Below, in pieces: positions 28,612 to 37,341 of a DNA stretch of 64,000 nucleotides (position 1 is the first letter of the stretch; every line of letters starts with the position of its first letter). The translations under genes were made by a program, and so were the position numbers. The notes beneath the pieces were generated by a model, which was given only the letters and a program-made list of their open reading frames with translations, had not been told where the DNA came from and searched no databases. Source of the stretch: Gammaproteobacteria bacterium (GTDB taxonomy: Bacteria > Pseudomonadota > Gammaproteobacteria > JBCCGL01); assembly GCA_965277715.1 (NCBI GenBank), contig OZ255836.1:1536001-1600000 (forward strand), read 5' to 3'.

Positions 28612-29425
28612 TATCCCAACGCTTAACGAGCTGGCGGACAACGCGTTACACCACCTGCAATCTGCTTTTACAGACGCGACACAAGGCGACGCAGCAGCGA
28701 GCGCATTGGCATTGCAAAATAATAAGGTGATCGCGTTCGTCAATGCCGTGGGTGTGCACAGCGCGTATCAGTATTTGCGTGACCATATTGCGCCTCAGCA
28801 AGTACCCATCACGAGCAGCGGCAATTTTCTGAACGCTTGGTTGTCGACATACGGTATGCAACGCAAAGCGGGAGAGACAGACGGACAGGCTATAGCCCGA
28901 TTGCAGCACAGGTTGAGTAACCCACCTATGGGGGGCGCCCCTCACGACTATGTGCAGTGGGCGCTCAGTATCGAAGGTATAACACGGGCCTGGTGTATTC
29001 GTAATATAGCTGGGTCATGCACCGTCGGCGTCATTGTGATGACGGACGGAGTCGCCAATCACGGCTTACCTGACGCGACTCATTTGCAGGCAGTCCGGGA
29101 TTATATTTTAAACCCGGCGCGCGGCCCAGCTGATGAGTTGTTCGTCCTCGCGCCTGAACCTATTTACATCGATATAACCCTGCGCTTAACGCCTGACACG
29201 CCCGCTAATCGCCAGGCAGTTGACCTCGAATTACGTGATCTATTCTTTAGAGAAGGCGACCTAGGTGCCGACATACCGCATAGCCATTTGGCCGAGGCGG
29301 TGGCTGTCTCTGGTACGGAGTATGACCACGAATTCATCACGCCGCAGATTACCAGCGGTGGCGCCTTTAGCGTCCCGGATCGCGGTATCGCAATACTGCG
29401 CAATGTGAGTTTCGCCAATGGATAG
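28604..29425 (+). CDS. Baseplate J-like wedge protein (Mu gp47-like), shortened
   Basis: PPMGGAPHDYVQWA..IEGITRAW; only 273 aa. Confidence 0.85.
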   Translation: MPNIPTLNELADNALHHLQSAFTDATQGDAAASALALQNNKVIAFVNAVGVHSAYQYLRDHIAPQQVPITSSGNFLNAWLSTYGMQRKAGETDGQAIARLQHRLSNPPMGGAPHDYVQWALSIEGITRAWCIRNIAGSCTVGVIVMTDGVANHGLPDATHLQAVRDYILNPARGPADELFVLAPEPIYIDITLRLTPDTPANRQAVDLELRDLFFREGDLGADIPHSHLAEAVAVSGTEYDHEFITPQITSGGAFSVPDRGIAILRNVSFANG

Positions 29426-29963
29426 TTTACAGCAGCAGTTCTATCGTGCGCTCAAACAGCTACTGCCGACGGGCTGGGCCTGGCCGACAGATCCACTCTC
29501 AAACGTACAACGAACGATTCGCGGCATCGCCGGGCTGTTCGCAGACCAACACCGCGCAGTGAATGACGAATTCAACGAAGGCTTGCCGCACAAGACCACC
29601 ACGAGGATTGATGTTTGGGAGCAAGCAACCGGGCTACCTGATAGTTGCCTGGGCTTTGCGCCGAGTTTGGTCAGCCGACGCCAAGCAATCACTGCCAGGC
29701 TACAGGCGCCTCACGCGGGGTTGACTTATGACAACAGCAGCTCAGGCGCACCGGCTACGCTCGCGGTTATTTGCAACAACGCGGGTTTCAACGTCGCAAT
29801 AGAGCCGTACAACCCATTCCGCGCTGGGCACCGTTGCGGCGGTAGATTGGGGAGGAACGGGCGGATAACAGTGTTGGATAAATCACAAGGAGGGCGGCCG
29901 CTACGCTGCTTACTTAATCGGATCGTCCCGGCGCGATTTGCACTATCTATCGTCGAGCAATAA
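29418..29963 (+). CDS. Baseplate protein (Mu gp48/DUF2313-like)
   Basis: LKQLLPTGWAW, WEQATGLPD.C and PFRAG. Confidence 0.88.
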   Translation: MDSLQQQFYRALKQLLPTGWAWPTDPLSNVQRTIRGIAGLFADQHRAVNDEFNEGLPHKTTTRIDVWEQATGLPDSCLGFAPSLVSRRQAITARLQAPHAGLTYDNSSSGAPATLAVICNNAGFNVAIEPYNPFRAGHRCGGRLGRNGRITVLDKSQGGRPLRCLLNRIVPARFALSIVEQ

Positions 29964-30320
29964 CCCCTAAACCAGCGCGTTGGCGTGTAGCGCCAGCGGA
30001 ACGACAATCCGCCTGACTTTTGTTGTTAGGCATTTTTAGGAGAAACGGCTATGCCGAAAGCAACCAAAAAACCCGTAACAATTGATTTTATAGAGTGGAC
30101 TGGCGACAACTTGCTTGATGTTATTAGGTTTACCGGACAGCACGCGAGCGCAATGGATGATTATTGCAACCTTGTTAAGCGTGACGGATTAAAAATATTC
30201 ACGCTCGAAGGGAAAATGAGCGCAGATATTGGTGACATAATTATCAAGGGCGTGAAGGGCGAGCACTACCCATGCAAGCCAGATATTTTTGCAGCCACCT
30301 ATGACGTAGTGGATGCCTAA
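29964..30320 (-). mobile_element. Integron-type gene cassette (357 bp) with attC at 29958-30031
   Basis: Minus strand begins G/TTAGGC (30321-30315) and ends with a GCCTAAC...G/TTATTG imperfect hairpin; TAAC at both junctions. Confidence 0.75.
30051..30320 (+). CDS. Common small phage hypothetical protein (cassette cargo)
   Basis: KKPVTI, TLEG.M, GD.IIKGVKGE.YPCKPDIF..TY; AGGAG RBS. Confidence 0.85.
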   Translation: MPKATKKPVTIDFIEWTGDNLLDVIRFTGQHASAMDDYCNLVKRDGLKIFTLEGKMSADIGDIIIKGVKGEHYPCKPDIFAATYDVVDA

Positions 30321-30323
30321 CAC

Positions 30324-30671
30324 ATGAATTACACTTACAGCATCGACTATGTCACACATGCAGGCACAGGGCAGCGGATGCACACAGATACCGCCGCGAT
30401 ACCGACGGTATGGAGCGCCGCCGACGCCAACAGCGTGATGTGGTCGCTTTCAGAGGTGGTGAAGGCGGCAGGTATGCAGGGGGGGCAATTCAACGCGGAT
30501 GATCCGGGTAGCTACAGCGTCTTCCTAAACGCCCTACGCGCATTATTTCTAAGCGACGCGGACTTGCTTTGTCAGTTCATCGACTTGGCTATCGCTATTC
30601 AAGCTGTCCACAATGAACAGCTGACACAGCGCTTTGAACTTAACGAAATTCAAAAAAGAGGCATATTATGA
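30324..30671 (+). CDS. Tail fibre N-terminal anchor-like protein
   Basis: PTVWSAADANSVMWSL..VVKAAG resembles the N-terminus of Mu-like tail fibres. Confidence 0.6.
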   Translation: MNYTYSIDYVTHAGTGQRMHTDTAAIPTVWSAADANSVMWSLSEVVKAAGMQGGQFNADDPGSYSVFLNALRALFLSDADLLCQFIDLAIAIQAVHNEQLTQRFELNEIQKRGIL

Positions 30672-31288
30672 GTGACACTGCACAAATAGCGCAGCTTATA
30701 AGCACATACAGCGCCGGGCACCAGACGTTGCTCGATTTTTCCAACAGCCTCGACACGAGAGTGTTGGCAGCTGAGGCAAAGTTCGACGCCTGGCGTCAAG
30801 ACCGCGACGTGATCGGCACACATGACGCGCATGGCACATGGCGGTATTCGATTTTCCAGGGGCTACTTTACAGCACCGGTGGGGTTGAAGGTTTGGGCGC
30901 GATTGGCTATCAGGATTTTGCTAGTGGTGACATCGAGGCTGGTCGATCAAATGACATTTATCTACACTTCCGCACGCCTATGAACGTAGCGGCAACCGGG
31001 GGAATGTTTCACTTTCACATCAGAGGCTACGCCTACGGCGCTGTGACTATATTGGATGAGCACTTCGTCGGATTCTGTTACCCAGCAGGTCTCATTCAAA
31101 CGAACTTCAGTGGCAACATGAACCCCCACGCGTATCGCGGTTCTGATGACTCGATCTATTTGAGAGTGTTTTTCCCAACAACTTACCAAGTGACGCTATG
31201 TATCGATACACAAAAAGTCGGGTCAGCGGGGATCTCGTTCCCGTCGGGCAGTCTTCACGCCATAGCTTCAACGGAGGCAGAACTATGA
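30668..31288 (+). CDS. Short tail fibre/receptor-binding protein candidate
   Basis: N-terminal coiled coil then beta-rich domain (IYLHFRTP, MFHFHIRGYAYG). Confidence 0.55.
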   Translation: MSDTAQIAQLISTYSAGHQTLLDFSNSLDTRVLAAEAKFDAWRQDRDVIGTHDAHGTWRYSIFQGLLYSTGGVEGLGAIGYQDFASGDIEAGRSNDIYLHFRTPMNVAATGGMFHFHIRGYAYGAVTILDEHFVGFCYPAGLIQTNFSGNMNPHAYRGSDDSIYLRVFFPTTYQVTLCIDTQKVGSAGISFPSGSLHAIASTEAEL

Positions 31289-31806
31289 ATATACCAATCC
31301 TCGTCGTGGGCGTTCCTTTAGTTTTTATCGCTTCACCCTCGGAGTACGAAGCAGCACGCGAACGACTAATTAATGATGGCGTACCCCCTGGAAACATTGA
31401 ACTCTCTTTGAGCGGCGTCATTGCCTGGGGTCGTAACGCAATCAGTGGGTACGCAAGTGAAATTAGGGCGAAATTAGCATCGAATGTCGACGCGTACACA
31501 CTCGCTGGATGGGCAGACAAATCACAGCGTGCGTACAGGGTAATATCGGGGACAAACACCGATGCTGACATCGCCATTTTAACCGAAGAAGCTGAGGCGC
31601 GACAGAAGGGCGAGACGCCACAAGATCTCGCGGCGAAACAAGCGGCCAAGGCGGCAGCATTAGCAAACGCAGCTGCGATAATCGACGGCTTGGAGTCGTC
31701 GGCGCTGAGCGTCATCGATGCGGCAACGACACCTGGTGACGTCATCAAATCACTGTCGGCGCTACGAAACAAAGCTGAGTCAGCGCTCGAAAATCTGAAG
31801 AACTGA
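31285..31806 (+). CDS. Tail fibre-associated helical protein
   Basis: Last phage gene, ATGA-coupled, Ala-rich (EAEARQKGET). Confidence 0.55.
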   Translation: MNIPILVVGVPLVFIASPSEYEAARERLINDGVPPGNIELSLSGVIAWGRNAISGYASEIRAKLASNVDAYTLAGWADKSQRAYRVISGTNTDADIAILTEEAEARQKGETPQDLAAKQAAKAAALANAAAIIDGLESSALSVIDAATTPGDVIKSLSALRNKAESALENLKN

Positions 31807-31829
31807 AAGTTCCTATAAATTATCGTCTT

Positions 31830-31871
31830 ATTTTAAACGTTAATTTGTCGCATTTTAAACGTCGCGCTACA
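31830..31871. repeat. Prophage right end with transposase-binding repeats
   Basis: ATTTTAAACGT at 31830 and 31852 (22-bp spacing), terminal GCGCTACA. Confidence 0.85.
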
Positions 31872-32369
31872 TTTATGTGTGCCAGGTACGACTTCCAGGG
31901 GGCCGTTTTCTTCAGTGACATCATCGATAAAAAATAGCACAGTTATCATGTCATCATTGGTATGGGGTTCAAACAAAAAATCCTGATGATATTTAACCTG
32001 GGTAGCGGCACCGGGTTGTTTTGAATTTATTTTGGCATTCTCAAATTTAATATTTGGCCCCAGAATATCAACAACCGCATCGAGCCCCCGGTTGTTTCGC
32101 ATCACATCAAGATAGGTCGCAGAGATTTCAACCGGTGATGCAATGCGACGCAGTGCCGGCTTATCAGCCGAGTGCCCTGGCTCGATGTCAAACCGGGGGC
32201 GATTATCGAACGTCATACCATAAGGCGCGTTATACTTTCTACTCTCTTCTTTCCATTGCTCGAATTCATTTTGTAGTTTTTCCAGTGCACCTTCAGGAAT
32301 AGCATTTTCCAGAAACAGGAATCCATCCCGGTTAAATTGGTTGACTTGTGTGCTTGAGAGCGTTTTCAT
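31872..32369 (-). pseudogene. Phytanoyl-CoA dioxygenase family gene, 5' part, interrupted by the prophage
   Basis: QFNRDGFL, YHQD (HxD), ENGPLEVVPGTHK, then runs into the phage end; distal His region missing. Confidence 0.88.
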
Positions 32370-32393
32370 TTTTATACCTTCCTGCCGATTTTA

Positions 32394-32927
32394 TCAGTGG
32401 CGTTTTTTATTGTGTGGATCGTAAAGTGGTTTAAGGCTGGCACGGGTACGAATTTTCTTACCGGCAACCAACACTGTGTAATGTTGGCTTTCCGGTTGTT
32501 GATGGTTAACGCCCATGGGTAAAGTCACCCACCCCAACCCGATTGGCGCGCCTAAAGTATGCCCATAAGTACCCGTTGTGATTATACCAACCAATTCGTT
32601 ATTCAGATAAATGAGCCATTGTGTGTAGACCACCCGGCCCGGTTCAACCGCGACGTCATTCGTACAGATTCTTTGCAATATTTTTTCAGTATCGCGGCCT
32701 TCGACGAGGATCTTACAAAACGAACTAAGATCGACCAGCCCTACATCCTCACGGATAGCATTGTGCTCATTTTTCCAGTGCGTAAACCATGCGGTTTTAT
32801 TGTAGCCATAATCGTACTCCGCTTTAACGTCATCGGGGGCAAACCACATCGGTCGCTCCCATCCGGCTGACTCACCAAAAAACGCACCTGCCTGTTTAAG
32901 CTGCTCGTGAATCGGCGACCGCCGCAT
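32394..32927 (-). pseudogene. Remnant of a GcvT-like/dimethylglycine dehydrogenase gene
   Basis: RRSPIH..GWERP and VYTQWL joined directly to the C-terminal GHTLG..IGLG..PLYDP; FAD domain and middle region absent. Confidence 0.75.
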
Positions 32928-33074
32928 TATTGCCTTTTAACCGAATCAGATACCACTCAATTCTTTCGGGGTCATCGACTTGACACCCCCAGTAACCACA
33001 GCCGCGCTTACTCACAGTAGATTCAAACCATTTTTTCAGGATAATACCCCCTCCTCCCCACTCAGGAAAAAACA

Positions 33075-33455
33075 ATGACCAGCGAAACATTTGAAAAAGG
33101 CCGCGTAGCGCGCAGTGCCGTACTCGGCAGTGAATATGTCGATAAAGTGCTCAATGAAGCCAACGATTTCAACAAAGAATTCCAACACCTCGTCACTGAA
33201 TACTGCTGGGGCACCTGCTGGGGCGACGACATCCTCACGCACAAACAGCGCAGCATGTTAAACCTCGGTATGATCGCCGCACTCAACCGTATGCATGAAT
33301 GGGAGTTACACTTTCGCGGCGCGATTAAAAATGGTGTCAGCCGCGATGAACTCAAAGCCATTATGATGCAGATTGCGGTTTATGCAGGCATCCCTACTGG
33401 CGTTGAGTGTTTTCGTATCGCTAATAAGGTACTGGCGGAGCTTGATGCTGATTGA
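33075..33455 (+). CDS. Carboxymuconolactone decarboxylase family protein
   Basis: GRVARSAVLG, TEYCWG, HFRGAIKNG and VYAGIP. Confidence 0.9.
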   Translation: MTSETFEKGRVARSAVLGSEYVDKVLNEANDFNKEFQHLVTEYCWGTCWGDDILTHKQRSMLNLGMIAALNRMHEWELHFRGAIKNGVSRDELKAIMMQIAVYAGIPTGVECFRIANKVLAELDAD

Positions 33456-33477
33456 TTATTGAAGTAAACAATCTCTG

Positions 33478-33502
33478 TCCCCCTCTTTTCCAAAGAGGGG
33501 GA
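33478..33502. terminator. Perfect 11-bp hairpin between convergent genes
   Basis: TCCCCCTCTTT-TCC-AAAGAGGGGGA. Confidence 0.6.
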
Positions 33503-33517
33503 ATGGCTTCGATAGCG

Positions 33518-35215
33518 TTACGTGCTGGCACCAACTTCCCCTCTTTCATCGTCACTCTCAGCATGCTGCAACCGGCATAAGCAGGACGCTTTAATCGGCA
33601 CATCGGCACGCGCAACAGCAACTGCCAGCCGGGGGGCAATCATGCTGGCCTCGGTCTGTTTGGCCTGCCGACGCAAACATTCGTGTAGCCCGTGCAGGCT
33701 CCATACATTATCGCGGTGCTGACAGGCGCGCACCAACTCATCGTTTAACCCCAGGTCAGTGCGATAAACATGCTCTGCCTCATCCAGCCGCCCCTGTTCC
33801 AACAACAGAGCGCCCAGCGCGTGGCGCGCAGGCTGCATCCACCCCCAGGGTTCATCGTAAGGCAGTGAATCGGCCAGTGACACTGCGGCGCGCAGGTGCT
33901 CGAATGCCTGCTCAAAATTAGCCTTACGATACTCCACTTCCCCATGTGCCATTTCAGCCGCCACCGCGAGAGTATCCCGGCAGTGATTATTAAATATTTT
34001 GCGCGAATAGGGCACTTTCTCCACTGCCTGGGTAAACTGTTGCAACGCGGCCTGCGCCTCATCAATATTCGCCAACACCGCGTGGGCCAGGGTTTGGGCG
34101 TAGTGCAACATCGCCGTGGTGGTGCAGTACAGATCCCTGTCTTGCGGAAAGGGCGTATCGATAATCACCTGCCATTGGCCAAAGCGAATCGGTGCGTGCA
34201 CCTTCATCGCCACATAACCCTCCAACCAATCGGCCATCGGTGGGCTATCAACCCGTAACAGCGCCTCTGGAATCGTCTCGACCAGGTCGTTCGCCGCCGC
34301 CATTGCCGACTGGTACTGCCCCAGCAGCATGGCACCGTAAAGCTTAAAGTGGCAATTATGCGCCCGCGACAGTGCATTAAAGTTAAGCTTGCCTGCGTGT
34401 TTCAGGTATTTGTCATCGGCGCGAATTGCCGCTGAATTGGATGCCACCGTATTGTAATAGTCACCGCACTGCACATCGATATGGGTTGACATATGCAGCA
34501 GGTGAGCGGCATCCGGCACCAGGTGGCGCAGGCCATCCGCTGCCGGCAAAGCTTTCTCAGGGTACGGCGACATTTCCAACACATGAATATACAGGTGCAG
34601 CAGACCTGCGTGTTCTGCCCCTGTACTGGATTGGTATTTCTGTATGGAGGATTCCAATACCCGCATACATTCCAGCGTATCAGCTCCCTGCTCAGGTTTC
34701 CCGCTGTGAATATCCCATAACGCCCAGGGGGTGCGATTCATCATCGCATCGACAAACAAGGTACTGACATCAGGGTCATCGGCAAAGTCGCTGTAAACAT
34801 AGCGCATCGCATCCGCGTAATGGTCATTCCAGAGGGCCAGGTCACTCCCAACCTCAGCCGCTTGATAACGGTGTGCCAGCGCCCTGATTAATGCCTGTTC
34901 AACCGGGCTGGCGTTGGTTATTTTTTCCAGTGCATGGTGCGTTTGCGTATGGCATTCAAGCAGTGTGCTCGCCAGATCAACCGGGTCAAACTGGTGCCAC
35001 TGCTTGTTGTAGTACGGGCCGACTGCGTAGGCGATGCCCCAGTGGGCCATTGCGCAGTGCGCATCGAACGTAAGCATTTGCCTGAAACAACTGGCGGCTG
35101 CCTCGTAGTTGAATGAATAGCACCACATGAGCCCACGATCAAACCAACGTTGTGCCTGAACAGATGTCGTTGATATTTTGCGGCTGTAATCCCCCAGATC
35201 GAAATAGTCATCCAC
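33518..35215 (-). CDS. TPR-repeat protein
   Basis: AQRWFDRGL, HLYIH, HLLHM..H and YDEPWGW; helical repeats. Confidence 0.8.
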   Translation of the reverse strand: MDDYFDLGDYSRKISTTSVQAQRWFDRGLMWCYSFNYEAAASCFRQMLTFDAHCAMAHWGIAYAVGPYYNKQWHQFDPVDLASTLLECHTQTHHALEKITNASPVEQALIRALAHRYQAAEVGSDLALWNDHYADAMRYVYSDFADDPDVSTLFVDAMMNRTPWALWDIHSGKPEQGADTLECMRVLESSIQKYQSSTGAEHAGLLHLYIHVLEMSPYPEKALPAADGLRHLVPDAAHLLHMSTHIDVQCGDYYNTVASNSAAIRADDKYLKHAGKLNFNALSRAHNCHFKLYGAMLLGQYQSAMAAANDLVETIPEALLRVDSPPMADWLEGYVAMKVHAPIRFGQWQVIIDTPFPQDRDLYCTTTAMLHYAQTLAHAVLANIDEAQAALQQFTQAVEKVPYSRKIFNNHCRDTLAVAAEMAHGEVEYRKANFEQAFEHLRAAVSLADSLPYDEPWGWMQPARHALGALLLEQGRLDEAEHVYRTDLGLNDELVRACQHRDNVWSLHGLHECLRRQAKQTEASMIAPRLAVAVARADVPIKASCLCRLQHAESDDERGEVGAST

Positions 35216-35375
35216 CCCAATTCACCCTGCCTGAACGCGTAAATGCTCAATAATAAACACCCATTTCACATTAATCCTGTCTATTTAATAAAAAATCCAT
35301 GAATATCGCCCAATCCACCGGTTTTTTTGCGATAATGCGCCCCCCGTAAATTCAAGTACCTGTGAGGGCCCCCTG

Positions 35376-36110
35376 TTGGATCAAGCGAATTTAGAGCTGA
35401 AAGTCTGGAAAGACCTCGCTATCAGCAAACAAATATTAATGAGAACGGCGTCTGATGCACTCGACCTTCCCGCCGACTGCAACGCCGATGAATTAAAAGC
35501 CGCACTCGATATTGCCATTAAACGCGGTAAAAATGCCGATACAGCGATAAGCAAAGCGCAAGCAGAAGCCTCTGACCAGGTTGCCGCAATAGAGAAAAAG
35601 CTGAAATCCACGCAAAAAGCCCTGGCTGAAGTCGAGAGCAAAGTCGACGCTGCCGAAGCCGGCAGACAGGAAGCTGAACACCGCACCTTAACCGCACGCG
35701 AGGCCAACCTCAAAGAATTAAAAAAGGCCACAGATCAACTCGCCGAAAAACAAAAGGTGATAAAGTCGATTAATACAGCATTGGCCGACACACCTGAGAA
35801 TGTAGTCAAGAAACTAAAAAAACTGAAGAAGGAAAAATTTGACGAAGCGGCGGCACGCAAGCGGGCCGAAGATGAGGTGCGCAACCTCAAAAAGCAGAAG
35901 AAAAAGTTGGAAGAAACGCTGGAAGAGAACAAGACAAGTATCGAAAACAGCGAAAAACTGGCCGAAAAATACCGGGAGCTATACGCGTTGTGTACACGTC
36001 AGCGCGAACAACTCGAACCCCTGGTAGAAGATAAAGACAGCCTGGCCGAGCTACCGACTATGGACGAGCACTTACTGGAAAGCGTTGAGAAAGTTGACAA
36101 GGCGGCCTAA
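35376..36110 (+). CDS. Coiled-coil hypothetical protein
   Basis: K/E/A heptads throughout; GAGG RBS before TTG. Confidence 0.8.
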   Translation: MDQANLELKVWKDLAISKQILMRTASDALDLPADCNADELKAALDIAIKRGKNADTAISKAQAEASDQVAAIEKKLKSTQKALAEVESKVDAAEAGRQEAEHRTLTAREANLKELKKATDQLAEKQKVIKSINTALADTPENVVKKLKKLKKEKFDEAAARKRAEDEVRNLKKQKKKLEETLEENKTSIENSEKLAEKYRELYALCTRQREQLEPLVEDKDSLAELPTMDEHLLESVEKVDKAA

Positions 36111-36228
36111 GCGATTTTTCCGGGGTGTTTTACCCCCTCCAAAGCAGCCCCAGGCGCTGATTGACAGCATCGACACAAGCACCATTATCGCGATGCTTCC
36201 CCTATCGCCGCAAGCCGGATAAACAAAC

Positions 36229-37323
36229 ATGCACGGTACTCACCCCATAGCCCCAGCAGAAACACCGTGCACGACCATCAGCTCCCCCTCTCGGCGTGCA
36301 CGCGCATTCATTATTGCACTACTGCTTGGCGCAACCACGCTGGTTAATGCCGCGCCGGTCAATGTAAGAACCCAACCGCTGTCCAGTGTACTCATCGAAA
36401 AAAAATACACGGCCCCAGCCACGGCAGTGGCCATCAACAATAGCCAGATTAGCGCGGAAATTGCCGCCCGTATCAGCCGTATCAATGTGCAAACAGGCGA
36501 TATTATTAATGCAGGTGAAACACTGGCCACGCTCGACTGCCGTAGTTATCAGCACGTATTGGCCAATGCGAGAGCGCGGTACGACTCGCTTAAAGCACAG
36601 GTGCAACTCAGCGAACAACAGCTCAAGCGAGCCAAATCACTGCGTAAAGAAAATAACCTGTCGGCTGAAAATCTCGATCAGCGCAGCGCAGACCTGAGTA
36701 TCGCCAAAGCCAACCTGAAAGGGCAAAAAGCCTCAATCGATGATGCAAAGCTCTCACTGGAACGCTGTTCAATTACCGCGCCCTATCGTGCGGCTGTTGT
36801 CTCGCGACTGGTTGGCGAGGGCACGATGGCCACACCAGGCTTACCATTGCTGGAAATCGTCGGCCTGGACGCAGTGGAGCTCTCCGCACAGGTACCGGTG
36901 GATCTGGTCGATTCATTGAGCACCTCGAAATCACTGGTCTTCGTCACCCGCAACGCCGACCTGCCGGTGACAATCCGCACCCTATCGCCCGTCATTAACG
37001 CCGCCTCGGGAAACCGGGAGGTACGCCTGCTGACCGAACAAACACTGCCACCCGGCACCAGTGGCCGACTGGAGTGGGTTTCCCCCCCTCTACTGCCCGC
37101 CAATTTGCTCTCGCAGCGAGAGGAAACACTCGGTGTGCTGGTGGCGATTAGCAGTGGCGACAAACACACCACACAATTCATCCCCCTCGATGGCGCACTT
37201 GAAGGCCGCCCTGCCAACATTGACCTATCGGGCAATTTATCGGCTGACACACACATTATCGTCGAAGGCCGCCACAAACTGGCAGCGGGCGACGAAATCA
37301 ATATTGTCACCAATACAAATTAA
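36229..37323 (+). CDS. RND efflux periplasmic adaptor
   Basis: Lipoyl halves (V.TGD..., ITAPY..VV) around an alpha hairpin. Confidence 0.9.
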   Translation: MHGTHPIAPAETPCTTISSPSRRARAFIIALLLGATTLVNAAPVNVRTQPLSSVLIEKKYTAPATAVAINNSQISAEIAARISRINVQTGDIINAGETLATLDCRSYQHVLANARARYDSLKAQVQLSEQQLKRAKSLRKENNLSAENLDQRSADLSIAKANLKGQKASIDDAKLSLERCSITAPYRAAVVSRLVGEGTMATPGLPLLEIVGLDAVELSAQVPVDLVDSLSTSKSLVFVTRNADLPVTIRTLSPVINAASGNREVRLLTEQTLPPGTSGRLEWVSPPLLPANLLSQREETLGVLVAISSGDKHTTQFIPLDGALEGRPANIDLSGNLSADTHIIVEGRHKLAAGDEINIVTNTN

Positions 37324-37341
37324 CAATAACGGCACTCAGCC

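Larger units (their letters stand above)
1..31871. mobile_element. Mu-like (B3/BcepMu-type) transposable prophage, left end outside window
   Basis: DDE transposase, AAA transposition ATPase, Gam, GemA, Mor, Ner and Mu-type head, tail and baseplate genes; terminal CA with repeated sites at 31830-31871, followed by host gene sequence. Confidence 0.95.

Noticed and set aside
29986-29993. TGTAGCGC matching the inverted phage end
   Set aside because: Only 8 bp, no transposase-binding repeats, lies within the attC loop
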